Shown here piece by piece: positions 31,366-41,014 of a stretch of DNA of 64,000 nt; the first letter of the stretch is position 1, and every line of letters begins with the position of its first letter. The notes beneath the pieces are model-generated. The model was not told where the DNA came from. It made no database searches and saw only the letters and a program-made list of their open reading frames with translations. The DNA comes from Gemmatimonadales bacterium. Its GTDB lineage: Bacteria; Gemmatimonadota; Gemmatimonadetes; Gemmatimonadales; GWC2-71-9. Location: NCBI GenBank assembly GCA_965249575.1, contig OZ252244.1:3264001-3328000 (forward strand), written 5' to 3'. The translations under genes and the position numbers were made by a program.

Positions 31366-31715
31366 ATGTTCGCTCCTGAAACCCTTCGCGAGTTCCATGA
31401 CCACATGGAGTGGGCTGACGCCGAGGTATGGTCGGTGGCCCTCAGGACCGACGGGGCCTCCAGCGACGCGTCCCTGCGCGGCAAACTTTTACATGTGCAC
31501 CAGACCCAGCGTTCGTACCTGAGAATGTGGACCGACCAGCCTCAGGGGCCTGTGGCGTCGAAGCACGTGGATAGCATGTTCGCCCTGCACGAATGGGCCC
31601 GCACCTATTACGTAGATGCGCGAGCATTCCTCGGAGCTGCCGATTCGTCCACGCTTGAGACGCTAGTGCCAGAGGTGTTTCGCCGACGAATGGAGCAAGA
31701 GTTGGGTCGCGGGCG
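31366..31715 (+). pseudogene. DinB-family protein, 3'-truncated
   Basis: HMEWADAEVW..KLLHVHQTQ; C-terminal His motif missing. Confidence 0.6.
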
Positions 31716-31781
31716 CGCATTGCCTGGGTGTGGTATGGGAGACCTGCGGCTGAATGGACTGACCTTCCACCCCGGAACGCC

Positions 31782-31950
31782 ATCTAACCTCTCTGCGCTT
31801 CAGCCGCAGGCGATCCGCCCGCCGGTGCACCACCCGAAGCCATCACGCGGCTCATCAGCACGTGCGGAACGTGCACGGTCCTCCCCAGGCGCACAAACCA
31901 ACGGTTTCCCTACCGTAGCATCGCCTGCCAGCTGCAAGCGCATGCTAGGC
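31782..31950 (-). other. integron attC-like site
   Basis: Minus strand GCCTAGC-ATGC-GCTTGCAGCTGGCAGGCGAT ... ATCGCCTGCGGCTGAAGCGC..GTTAGAT; arms pair with two extra bases on the R'' arm. Confidence 0.65.
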
Positions 31951-31992
31951 GGCGAGCGCAGCGGGATGCACACTCGCTCAAGGTCGATGTCT

Positions 31993-32150
31993 TCATTGCG
32001 CATCCTCCACGATGGGCAAGAGGCGCGAGTCCTCGAGCGCAGCCAGCCGATGGCCAAGGCCGCTGAGATATGCCTCGTTAGAGGCGAATGAACGAAAGCT
32101 CTCAGGACTCCGATGACGGACGAGCATGACCACGTCCCAACGCTCATGCT
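31993..32150 (-). pseudogene. DUF1330-like protein C-terminal fragment
   Basis: RWDVVMLVRH..F.SFASNEAYL.GLGHR.AALEDSRLLP. Confidence 0.6.
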
Positions 32151-32231
32151 GCTGATGGGTCCGAGTTGCTCCCTTGGGAGGCGCCGCCGCCTTAACTAGA
32201 AATTGGACTGACCAGCGTATCTCCATATGCT

Positions 32232-32549
32232 ACCAGCCGCTCGTGCTACCGCCCCTCGCGCTGGCCCTTTCCCGAGCAGCTCCCGGCGCTCGAGTACCCA
32301 GGACACTTCCTCGTCAAACCCGTCGCCAACGCCGGCACATTCCGGCTCAAGCACCGCCTCCTGGTCATCGCGGACGCCCTCAAGCAGCACCACATCGGCT
32401 TAGAGGAGATCGACGACCGCACCTGGTCCATCTACTTCGGCACCGTCCTCCTCGGCCGGGTGGGCGAGCACGACTTCATCATCCGGGACTGACCGGAAGT
32501 GTTACCCATGTTCCGGGTTTATTCTGTCACCCATGTTCCCGGTTGCTCA
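32232..32549 (+). mobile_element. IS481-family remnant (transposase C-terminus plus right end)
   Basis: LPALEYPGHFLVK..GLEEIDDRTWSIYFGTVLLGR* followed by TGTTACCCATGTTCC/TGTCACCCATGTTCCCGG end repeats. Confidence 0.75.
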
Positions 32550-32700
32550 TTGTTGTGTTCCAAAGTTATTACTACATGTTCCTTCTTGTGCCCTTTTTTG
32601 ACATACCTGTGCGCCTCGGCAGTCTGTTCCAACGGATAGCGTCTATCGATGACCGATTTTATCTTTCCCGCCTCAATAAGCTCTGTGAGGAAGATTAGAT
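32550..32700 (-). pseudogene. NAD(P)-dependent MDR alcohol dehydrogenase C-terminal fragment
   Basis: [37 protein letters not shown]; visibly AT-richer. Confidence 0.75.
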
Positions 32701-33990
32701 CCGGAGCTGCCGGTCTCATTCGCCGTCGATGAGCCGGACGCGACGATCGCGTTGACCGGGGTGCAGGTCATCACGATGAATGCGGGCCGCGACGTGCTCG
32801 AGAATGCCACGGTTCTCGTTGAAGGCAATCGTGTTGCCGCCGTCGGTTCCAACGTGGCCATCCCACGAGGCGCGCAGGTGTACGATCTCCCTAGGCACAC
32901 CGTGATGCCGGGAATAGTGGATGCCCATGCCCACTACAAAGCGCTCTTGTCGCAGACCAATGTCATCGAGCAACGGTTGCCGCGCCTCCAAGCCGCGCTG
33001 GCCCACGGGGTCACCACGATGTACGAGCTCTATGGAACAGCGGAGAAGGACTTCTGGGTGTCGGACATGGTGCGGCGAGGAGCGATCATCGGGCCGCGGC
33101 TCTTCTCAGTCGGCTCCCCGATGTACGGCCTTCGCCACTTCCGCCCCAAGCTATACCGCCCGGTCACGTCCTTGAGCGACGCTGGGGAACACGTGGGGTA
33201 CAACCAGGAACACGGTGCCACAGCCATCAAGGACTATGTGAACTTCACTCGGGCCGTCCGGCACCAGATTGCCACCGCAGCCCGGGAGCTCAGGATCAAT
33301 CTGGTGGCCGAGTCTGCCGGCGACGCCCCGATGAATTTCACGCAGATCGTGGACGGGCTCACGGGGCTCGAGCACTCCATGGGCCTAACCCCGTTGTACG
33401 ACGACGTGATTCAGCTGTTCAAGGCATCCAAGATTGGCGTCACGCCGACGCTTCTAGTCGTCTACAACGGACCCGCGGGTCAATCCTTCTTCAATCAGTC
33501 GGAACGCCTGTGGGAGAATCCGAAACTCCTGAATTTCGCGCGGCGCGATCAGCTTCTGGCATTCCGACGGTCCACCCACTTCTGGCCGGACGATGTCTAC
33601 GCTCCAGAGATGGCTGCCGAGATGAAGAAGCTGTTCGATGCGGGGGTACTGGTGCAGATGGGCGGACATGGCCAGATGTTCGGCCTCGACGCCCACTGGG
33701 AGATGGAGCTGTTCGTGCAGGGCGGGTTTTCGCCCATGGATGTCATTCAGATGGCGACCATCAATGGCGCGAAGTACCACGGTCTCGACGGCGACCTGGG
33801 GTCCATCGAGGCGGGCAAACTCGCAGATTTGGTCATCATGCGGGATAGCCCCCTGACCGACATCCGCAACAGCCGCTCGGTGGTGTACGTAATGAAGAAC
33901 GGCGTACTGTATGATGGAAACGACGTGTCACGGGTCTTTCCCGACCCAGCTCCGAACGGGAAGATGTACTTCATGCGCGGGCAGCAGTGA
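32700..33990 (+). pseudogene. amidohydrolase domain, probably the 5'-truncated part of a larger protein
   Basis: PGIVDAHAH, LEHS, GGHGQ, GSIEAGKLADLV; no convincing start or RBS. Confidence 0.75.
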
Positions 33991-34050
33991 TGATTGGAAG
34001 AGGTGATTGAACTACCTAGCAAGGCGGGGGGCCGCCACATCAAAAAACTT

Positions 34051-34239
34051 TGTGTGCAATTGTGTGCCAACTCAGCCAAACACACCCAAACTCAGCCGCA
34101 CTGAGAAAAAGAACTCGACCTCGTAAGCCCTAACGCAGCAATACCTAACACCCCTCAGCGATACGCAGACAACGCAGCCAAACTTGCCCAGACTAAATGG
34201 GGTTCAGGGGGTCGCGGGTTCAAATCCCGCCGTCCCGAC
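34051..34239 (+). repeat. att-like site 1: paired GTGTGC(C)AA arm repeats plus 3' half of tRNA-Pro(GGG)
   Basis: ATGGGGTTCAGGGGGTCGCGGGTTCAAATCCCGCCGTCCCGAC at 34197-34239; upstream ~150 bp recurs at 56638-56784. Confidence 0.85.
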
Positions 34240-34249
34240 TTCCGAAGTG

Positions 34250-34283
34250 CCGAGGGAGCAAGGCGTTCGCTCCCTCGGTTTTG
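34250..34283 (+). terminator. intrinsic terminator-like hairpin
   Basis: CCGAGGGAGC..GCTCCCTCGG followed by TTTT. Confidence 0.65.
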
Positions 34284-34286
34284 TTG

Positions 34287-35567
34287 CTACCCGGCGTGGG
34301 GTTGCCGTTCGGGTTGCTGTTTCTCCGGGTTCACGCCCGCGTCGTGCAGTGGGCGTCGGCTTTCCATTACGGTCCGGAGCGTGTCGTGGTCCGGCTGCTG
34401 GTAACACTCGAGCAGCGTGGCCACATCCTTCCACCCGCCAGCAGCTGCGACATCCTTGAGCGGAAGGTGCTTGCGCTCGGTCGCCCACTTGCGCCGGTAC
34501 GGATGCCACCGTCCACCCTCAAGCTTCGGTACTTCCGCCTGCCGCTCGGCGACGGCGAGCCACTTGTCGAACAGGTGCCGGTCCATCGGGGCTTTCCCGT
34601 CGGATTCCCGGGCGAAGACCCATCCGGCGATCGTGCCGAGGCGCGTTCGAAAGTGACGGACCTCGTTAAGCAACCGGGACGGAAGCGGGACCACACTCTC
34701 GCGCCGCTTCTTGTCCGCCTCGGCCCGCCACCGAATGGTGGCACGCTCGACATCGATGTCCTCCCACCGGAGCTGCCGAATCGCACTCAACCGTCGGCCC
34801 GTCCCCTCCGCGAGCAGGAGGGCCAACTCCACCTTGATCCAGCGGTGCCGCTCGACCGCGGTAGTCGCTGCCTCCCCCAACTGCTGCATGGCGGCGCGGG
34901 TCTTTGCAAACCGTTCGCAGGTCGCGATCGGTCGCCTCGGGTTGGGCTCCCGTGGTCGGCGAATACCGGCCAACGGGTTCTCTTGGAGCCACCGTGTACC
35001 ATTCGGCTGGCGCACGGTGGTTGCCCACCGGAGCATCGTGTTGAGCGTCACGAGATCGGCGGCGACGGTCTGTGCCCGTACGGGCTTGGTGATCCCGCCC
35101 GAGCGACGCTGAATACCGCCCGCCCGCCGTGCGGCTTCGTACTGTCGGACGTCGTGTTCGGTGAGCGTCGCGACCTCGCAGTCCTCACCGAAGAACCCGA
35201 GTAACACGTCGGCGTGTGCTGCTGCGTCCGTTTGTGCCGCGGTGGTGTTCGCCGCGAACGTAGGTGCTTCGTGACGATAGCGGTTCCAGAGGGTGTGCAG
35301 CGTGACCACGGATCGCTCCGCGATCGGGGCCCCCTGGAGTAACCCGGCGAGCAGGGCTCGCCCATGGTGTTCCGCGTCGCCGCGGTCCGTGGTGTGTAAC
35401 GACGCCACGTCCCGCCCCACGCCCGGGATCCAGACGGCCCGGTAGAACATTCCCCCACGTCGGTTTTGAAAGAGCCGGACCCGCGTCCCACGTTCCCCAA
35501 GCGAGCGGGTCCATCCACCACACTTGCTTCTCGTCCACTCGGTGCGCCGCGGCTTACGAGGTGCCAT
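34287..35567 (-). CDS. tyrosine integrase
   Basis: GTGRRLSAIRQLRWEDID, DKK, HPYRR, GGW, LLECY; ends next to att. Confidence 0.9.
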   Translation of the reverse strand: MAPRKPRRTEWTRSKCGGWTRSLGERGTRVRLFQNRRGGMFYRAVWIPGVGRDVASLHTTDRGDAEHHGRALLAGLLQGAPIAERSVVTLHTLWNRYRHEAPTFAANTTAAQTDAAAHADVLLGFFGEDCEVATLTEHDVRQYEAARRAGGIQRRSGGITKPVRAQTVAADLVTLNTMLRWATTVRQPNGTRWLQENPLAGIRRPREPNPRRPIATCERFAKTRAAMQQLGEAATTAVERHRWIKVELALLLAEGTGRRLSAIRQLRWEDIDVERATIRWRAEADKKRRESVVPLPSRLLNEVRHFRTRLGTIAGWVFARESDGKAPMDRHLFDKWLAVAERQAEVPKLEGGRWHPYRRKWATERKHLPLKDVAAAGGWKDVATLLECYQQPDHDTLRTVMESRRPLHDAGVNPEKQQPERQPHAG

Positions 35568-35937
35568 GAGCGCCTCCTTTCCGTCGGCCAACGAGCTTCC
35601 GAGCGTCGGTAACTGGATCATACGCGCCGTGGTCCGCGTGAGCAACGGCCACCGTGGGGCGGATTGGGAGATCCCCGCGGCGAATGCGCGGGGCCCCCCG
35701 TCTCCCGGCGTTGGGAATCGTGCCTTCGCGAATAAGGCGACCGAGATGGTCAGCCGAGTACCCCGAGAGCGCAGCCGCTTCGCGAAGGGGGAGAAGCTCC
35801 TCCGTATCAGCGGTGTGCACCGCGGCGAGGTCTTGCAAGATCTCTCGGCAGAGAACTACACCATCCACGAGAGCGTGCAGTTGCTGAAGTTCCGTCAGCC
35901 GGGTCTGCCATTTTTCGACGAACGCTGCCGCCCTCAT
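35554..35937 (-). CDS. excisionase-like HTH protein
   Basis: LLPLREAAALSGYSADHLGRLIREGTIP..PRIRRGDL; overlaps integrase start. Confidence 0.7.
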   Translation of the reverse strand: MRAAAFVEKWQTRLTELQQLHALVDGVVLCREILQDLAAVHTADTEELLPLREAAALSGYSADHLGRLIREGTIPNAGRRGAPRIRRGDLPIRPTVAVAHADHGAYDPVTDARKLVGRRKGGAHGTS

Positions 35938-36003
35938 GATGCGCCGACCCGCGACGGCGTAGAGAACGCTAGATCGTGATCGATCGACTCGTCGGGATCA
36001 GGC

Positions 36004-38382
36004 TCACGCAAGGCGACCCGCGGAACCCCATGCGGCGGGTTGTGGGTTCACGCCACTTGTCAAAGCCCGGTTCTTGAGCAGCTGAGCAAAACGCTTCATT
36101 GAGCCAGGGTGCTCACCACGTCCGTTGGCCCATTCTTGCCAATCAGTGAACAACTCGGAGGTCGTCGCGGTGCTGGTGGGTGCAACGTCGCAGCATTCCG
36201 CGATCCAGGAACCGAGTGCGTCCTCGTCTTGGAAGTATTCTTCGGTCGCCGCGGCCACGATGGGCGGCGGGGCCAGGCCTTCGCGTTGCCAGTCCAGACA
36301 GCCCTGGATCATCCACGCGAGGATGGCACCGGCCTCGGCGCGGAGCTTCTCCGGGAGGTCGGGATCAGGCTCCTCCGGCTTGTGGGTGAACGGCACGAGA
36401 TGCAGGCGCCGCCGTATCGCGTCATCCACGTTGGATAGTTGTGGTCGGTGGTTCCCGACGAGCAGCAACGTGAACTGCGGCTGGAAGGTGAAGAAATCCC
36501 GGTAGACGAGGCGAGCCGTGAGTGGATCGCCACCTGAGAGGCTCTTGAGGCGAGCCTCGTTCCACGTCCCGCGGCTGTCGGTCTCGCTTGCGGCCACGAG
36601 ACGCGCACCCCGCAGGGCGGCGATCTCGGTTGGGTGTCGGTCATACGTCGTCGCGAGGAACGTACTCATGGGTGCTTCGGTCGCGTAGTCGCCGAGCACG
36701 TGCGCCAGTGTGTTGAGGAAGACGGACTTGCCGTTGCCGCCACCCCCGTGGACGAATACGACGACATGCTCGCTGACGCTCCCCGTCACACAGTAGCCGG
36801 CGAGTCGTTGGAGGTAGCGTTGGAGCTCCTGATCGCCGCGTGTCGCTTCGTGGAGGAACTGCAGCCAACGCGTGGCGTCGCCGTCACGATCAACGCGGGC
36901 TGTTGTCGTCTTGGTGAGGTGGGTGGTGGGATTGTTGGGGTGGGTTTCTGCTGTGCGGAGGTCGATCATGCCGGCGGGTGTGTTTAGGATCCATAGATCC
37001 GCATCGAACTCGTCTGGCGTAAGCACGACGCGAGAATCCGAACTAGGCAACTCCAGGATGTTGGTGACCTTCGCTCTGGCGCTCAGGGTTCGCGCGAGCC
37101 GCAGGCCCTTCGCTTGTTCTTGCGGTGTAACGCCTGATCGGGCGACTCGATCGGCGATTGTGCGAAGGGTCGCCTTCGCAAGTTCGTGCGCACGCAGCCG
37201 AACGTCACGCGACCAGCGGACCCCGTCCCACGTATACCACGCCTTCTCCAACGGCACGTAGCGAAGGACCGGCCCGTGTTCGTTGATGAACGTGTCTGCG
37301 AGGTCTTGTTCGGAGTACAGTATGGCCGCTGGTGTGTCTCCCTGCTCCTCGGTGAGATCGGCCTCGAAGTCCAGCGCCGCATCAGCAAACCCGTGGCCGC
37401 GGGCGAGGTCCCTGATGTAGTCCCACCCGATCTCGTACGGTGACTGCATCCGCTCCCAGTCCGACCGTACGGTCTCGGGAGTGTTCCCGTCATAGTGATC
37501 CTCTCCTTCCCAGAACGCCCATGCAGAGAAGATCTCGAACCCGGCCTCGGGTTCGTCCTGGCTGGCGGCGCGGATGGCGTAGCCCATGCGGATGTAGTCG
37601 TCGCGACCTGGGAACTCCGCGTTCGTGTTGGGAATGCACCGGACGGCTTCGCGCAGGACCTCAATGCGTGGGGCTTTGAGGTGCGCTTGATTGATGCTGC
37701 TGCGGTCTGCGTGCGAACCGCCGCGGCCTTCTCGGCGGCAGGTGAACCCCTGAGGTTCCAATGCGTGTTGTAGGGAGCTCAGGAAGCGCTCGACCGCGTC
37801 CCGATCGATCGTCGTGAGTTGGTCGGGAGTGAGCTGATCGATATCGCAATCCCACCGGTAGGGCTGGTTGGTCTTCGGGTGGATCCCGGTGGCGACGAAC
37901 TGCTGCCCGGCACCGAGGACCTCGACGAGATGCTCATTGCCGTTCTCGGAGTCCTTGATCCACAGGCGGAGCCGCCGAAACGGATCGACTGTCCTGTAGA
38001 GCAAGAGTTGTTTCGGTGCTTGCCCGATGCGGGACGGTGCGGGTCCGAGCGCATCACGGGCGATCTCGGCGATCCGGCGCGAGAGGCCGTCGTTCGTGCA
38101 GTCAATATCGACGGCGGGGAAGCGTGCCGTGCGGAGCCCGATGTTCGCGCCATCGCGCGCCCACTGCTCGGCGTCGGCGGCTGTGGTCTCGTGCTTCAGC
38201 CACTGGTGAAAGCCGACCCAGGTACCATCGGGGAGTTTCTTGCCAGGAACCTTTCCTCGCTGGTCGGCGCGGAGCCGAGAGGTCGGGGAGAGGAGCGCGG
38301 CAGGTGGGAGTACGGAAATAATGTCAGTGAAGCCGTGACCGAACAGTGTGGTCGCGGCGCGTGGTGTTGTTCCGGGTTCCAT
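36004..38382 (-). CDS. PrimPol + PriCT + D5/P4-family SF3 primase-helicase
   Basis: NIGL..AVDID, GQQFVA.GIHP.T..PYRW, D5_N-like W..WDG.RW, GGGGNGKS Walker A, LKSLSGGD, RRRLHLVPF; extreme 3' end appears frameshifted. Confidence 0.88.
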   Translation of the reverse strand: MEPGTTPRAATTLFGHGFTDIISVLPPAALLSPTSRLRADQRGKVPGKKLPDGTWVGFHQWLKHETTAADAEQWARDGANIGLRTARFPAVDIDCTNDGLSRRIAEIARDALGPAPSRIGQAPKQLLLYRTVDPFRRLRLWIKDSENGNEHLVEVLGAGQQFVATGIHPKTNQPYRWDCDIDQLTPDQLTTIDRDAVERFLSSLQHALEPQGFTCRREGRGGSHADRSSINQAHLKAPRIEVLREAVRCIPNTNAEFPGRDDYIRMGYAIRAASQDEPEAGFEIFSAWAFWEGEDHYDGNTPETVRSDWERMQSPYEIGWDYIRDLARGHGFADAALDFEADLTEEQGDTPAAILYSEQDLADTFINEHGPVLRYVPLEKAWYTWDGVRWSRDVRLRAHELAKATLRTIADRVARSGVTPQEQAKGLRLARTLSARAKVTNILELPSSDSRVVLTPDEFDADLWILNTPAGMIDLRTAETHPNNPTTHLTKTTTARVDRDGDATRWLQFLHEATRGDQELQRYLQRLAGYCVTGSVSEHVVVFVHGGGGNGKSVFLNTLAHVLGDYATEAPMSTFLATTYDRHPTEIAALRGARLVAASETDSRGTWNEARLKSLSGGDPLTARLVYRDFFTFQPQFTLLLVGNHRPQLSNVDDAIRRRLHLVPFTHKPEEPDPDLPEKLRAEAGAILAWMIQGCLDWQREGLAPPPIVAAATEEYFQDEDALGSWIAECCDVAPTSTATTSELFTDWQEWANGRGEHPGSMKRFAQLLKNRALTSGVNPQPAAWGSAGRLA

Positions 38383-38581
38383 TCGAATCGTCCTCGGTAA
38401 TGTCGTGCGGCTGTGAATGAGGTTCGCGCTACACAAGGCAGCGTGACCGCGGTTAGTGCGGTCCGGATTCCTCTCGTTCACAATCCGCCGTCGATGAGGA
38501 CGAGTCGGGTTGCTGTGAGATCGGTGGAGGTCCACGACCAGTGGTCCTACGAGTACTGTCGGTGGTGCGGTGGGCGAGAGC

Positions 38582-38754
38582 TTGGGAGTGGGTTGGCCGA
38601 CCCCATGTCGGCTCCACACGGTGCCCGGACTCGCGAGGAGTGTCCCGGGCCTCTCGGGTGAACGGTTGTGGTGCGGGCGGTGCGAGGTTTGGGAGTGGGT
38701 TGGCCAGCTTCAGGAATGCTGGCTCCGCACGGTGTCCGGACTCAGGCGGAGTGT
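38582..38754. repeat. tandem ~62-66 bp structured repeat upstream of the primase
   Basis: TTGGGAGTGGGTTGGCC-[hairpin]-GGCTCC(A/G)CACGGTG(C/T)CCGGACTC..GGAGTGT twice. Confidence 0.7.
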
Positions 38755-39131
38755 ATCGAACGTCTCGCAACGCCCTGCGCTGCTGCTGTCTTCCCACCTC
38801 GTGTCAATCGGCGCATCGCTTCGCGCCAGGCACGTGCAGGCGGGGGGGGGGAAGGATGGGAAGGATCCCCCGAAACTCGATTCCTACGCGGAAAACACCT
38901 GGAGGTTTCCCGTGGGCGACGAGTATCAGATCATCCTTCCGATGCTTTCGGGCTGGACTCGATGCGCTGCAGAATGGCTTCCGGGGCTCTAGACGGCCGA
39001 AGCTCGGGCCCCGGTACGTGAAATGTTGGGCTGCTCAAGGCCCTATGTCAACGTAACCTAGCAATATAACACATCGGACGCCATTTTTGCAGTGCTGTCA
39101 GGTCACGCGGGGCGATTGGTCCGGCGGAGGT

Positions 39132-39417
39132 GGTGACTTGGGTGACTGAACGGTTTCAGCTCCAGTCACCCTCTAACTCGATATCCCGATAGGCTTTACC
39201 CCTGCTGGTGACCAGGGTGACTGAATATCGGTGCATATGACGCGTAGAGTAGTGTACTGTAATGTCTAACATTACAATGTGTGTGTATACGCCTGATAAT
39301 AATGGATTTCTGTCACCTCAGTCACCAATATGGGTTAACCCCTTCTCACATATACACTTGACAAGGTGACTGAAATCGGGAACTCAGTCACCCGAAAACG
39401 CCGTCACCTCAGTCACC
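39132..39417. other. putative iteron-type replication origin
   Basis: 11 GGTGAC/GTCACC hexamers, four pairs 9 bp apart, converging on an AT-rich core; no ORF. Confidence 0.7.
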
Positions 39418-39646
39418 GGATGTAAGTGTCAACCCTGTAACAAGTTAGAGCTGGGTAGATGATGGACACGCAATCGCCCACCATCTGCTGACTCGCCGGA
39501 CTACTTGACCGGCAGGCGAGTGCGTACCGTTGGCACGCGTGGACCGTGACCTCGAGGGCGCGACCGGTCTGGCAGAATCACGCTTGTCACGTTTCTCGAG
39601 ATCCCGATGACCAGATGACCCGATCCACGCACCTCGCAACCACCCC

Positions 39647-39699
39647 GGTGACGGAGGTGACGGAGGTGACGGAGGTGACGGAGGTGACGGAGGTGACGG
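39647..39699 (+). repeat. 9-bp tandem repeat (GGTGACGGA) x5 plus partial
   Basis: Read directly. Confidence 0.95.
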
Positions 39700-39757
39700 G
39701 TTTTCCGGGTTCCGTGTGGCTCAGAACGAACAGGTGACGTAGGTCGGGAGGTCGGGA

Positions 39758-41014
39758 CTAGAGACCCGGGAACAGATCCCGATCCGGCCACGTCGTGATG
39801 GACTCCGCCGCACGGCGAAGTGCTGGGAGCATCCGCTCGGCGTCTTCTCGGCTACCGGCATTTCCATTGAGCAGGAGCGCAAACTGCGTTCGGCCGGCAC
39901 AAGCCAGTAACGCGGTCGTCCCGGGGAGATCACCCCGGTGGTACCATGCGGGGCCATCCTTTCCGCGGTCGACCACCCATCCCATCGCATAGTACTCGGA
40001 GTCGGGATTCGCTGTCTCGTGTGGCGACGTCATCGCCTGCACGGTTTCCGCCTTCAGAAGGTCGGGCCTAGTCGGATTGAGGTCGATGGCGGTGAGGAAG
40101 CGCAGGAGATCCGGCGCCGAAGCCAACCAGCCTCCGTGAGCATCCATCGCCTCGATCGAGAACCCGCCGTACGGGACGGGTACGGTATCCTCCGTACCAG
40201 GGAAGACGGTGCGGACTCGGCGGTCATCGTGGTACCGGACCTCGGCCTCAGCCCGATGCCTCAAGAGGCTCCGCGCCAGCCGCATGCGAACTGCGCCCGA
40301 CGGCTCCAACACCGCACGGCGGACGTAGTCTTCGTACCGCTCACCTGTTGCCGCCTCGATGATACGCCCGAGCACTGCGTAGCCAAAATTGGAATACGCC
40401 TGTCGGGTGCCGGGATAGAAGTCGAGTCGCCGTTCTAGCATGTACCGGATGATCGTTTCAACTGAGATCGGCGGTCGCTCCCTCATCGCCGCCGAGATCC
40501 TTCCGGGAGCGAGCATCGGGTCGAACCCGCTCTGCTGCCGGTCCCACCCACCAGCGTGGTACAAGAGATCGCCGACGGTGACGTCACGTATACGCGGATC
40601 GAAACTCGTCCCGACCGGCGGCCGCGCGATCAGATCAAGCATACGATCGTCCAGTGAAAGCCGGCCTTCGTCGACCAGTCTCAATACGGCCGCGGCGGTG
40701 ACCGGCTTTGAGACACTGGCGATGCGAAAGAGGGCTGTTGGTTGAACGTGATCGCCAGACGCGCGATCGGCGTACCCATAGCCACGGGCAAAGACAAGCC
40801 GACCATCCCGGGCTACCGCCATGGCCGCACCGGGCGCACCCGTTTGCCTCAGAATCGAGTGGACGACGAGGTCGAGTGCTTGGAGTTCAGGGGGAAGGGT
40901 GCCGGACGTCGGTACGTACTTCTGCGCTCCAACCGATTGCGTGCGCGCGACGGCTGTCCCGCTGATCGCCAGCAACACCCAGACAACCGGCAGAGCCCGC
41001 CGCGTGGCCGCCAC
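39758..41014 (-). CDS. beta-lactamase-family (class C-like) serine hydrolase with signal peptide
   Basis: IASVSKP (SxxK), YSNFGY (YxN), HRG. Confidence 0.9.
   Translation of the reverse strand: MAATRRALPVVWVLLAISGTAVARTQSVGAQKYVPTSGTLPPELQALDLVVHSILRQTGAPGAAMAVARDGRLVFARGYGYADRASGDHVQPTALFRIASVSKPVTAAAVLRLVDEGRLSLDDRMLDLIARPPVGTSFDPRIRDVTVGDLLYHAGGWDRQQSGFDPMLAPGRISAAMRERPPISVETIIRYMLERRLDFYPGTRQAYSNFGYAVLGRIIEAATGERYEDYVRRAVLEPSGAVRMRLARSLLRHRAEAEVRYHDDRRVRTVFPGTEDTVPVPYGGFSIEAMDAHGGWLASAPDLLRFLTAIDLNPTRPDLLKAETVQAMTSPHETANPDSEYYAMGWVVDRGKDGPAWYHRGDLPGTTALLACAGRTQFALLLNGNAGSREDAERMLPALRRAAESITTWPDRDLFPGL

Noticed and set aside
32186..32228. CCTTAAC-TAGAAATTGGACTGA as an attC start
   Set aside because: No partner arm; cut by the IS481 remnant
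34197..34239. tRNA-Pro copies as functional tRNA genes
   Set aside because: All four lack the acceptor 5' strand and D arm
34197..35204. Long + strand ORF opposite the integrase (and similar shadow ORFs throughout)
   Set aside because: Antisense shadows typical of high-GC DNA, with no motifs
39647..39699. (GGTGACGGA)n arrays as a CRISPR array or as coding repeats (VTE/HLR/GDG ORFs)
   Set aside because: No spacers or cas genes; the ORFs are short by-products of a non-coding 9-mer
39758..41014. Calling the serine hydrolase a bona fide antibiotic-resistance beta-lactamase
   Set aside because: SxxK/YxN motifs are shared with esterases and peptidases; substrate cannot be read from sequence
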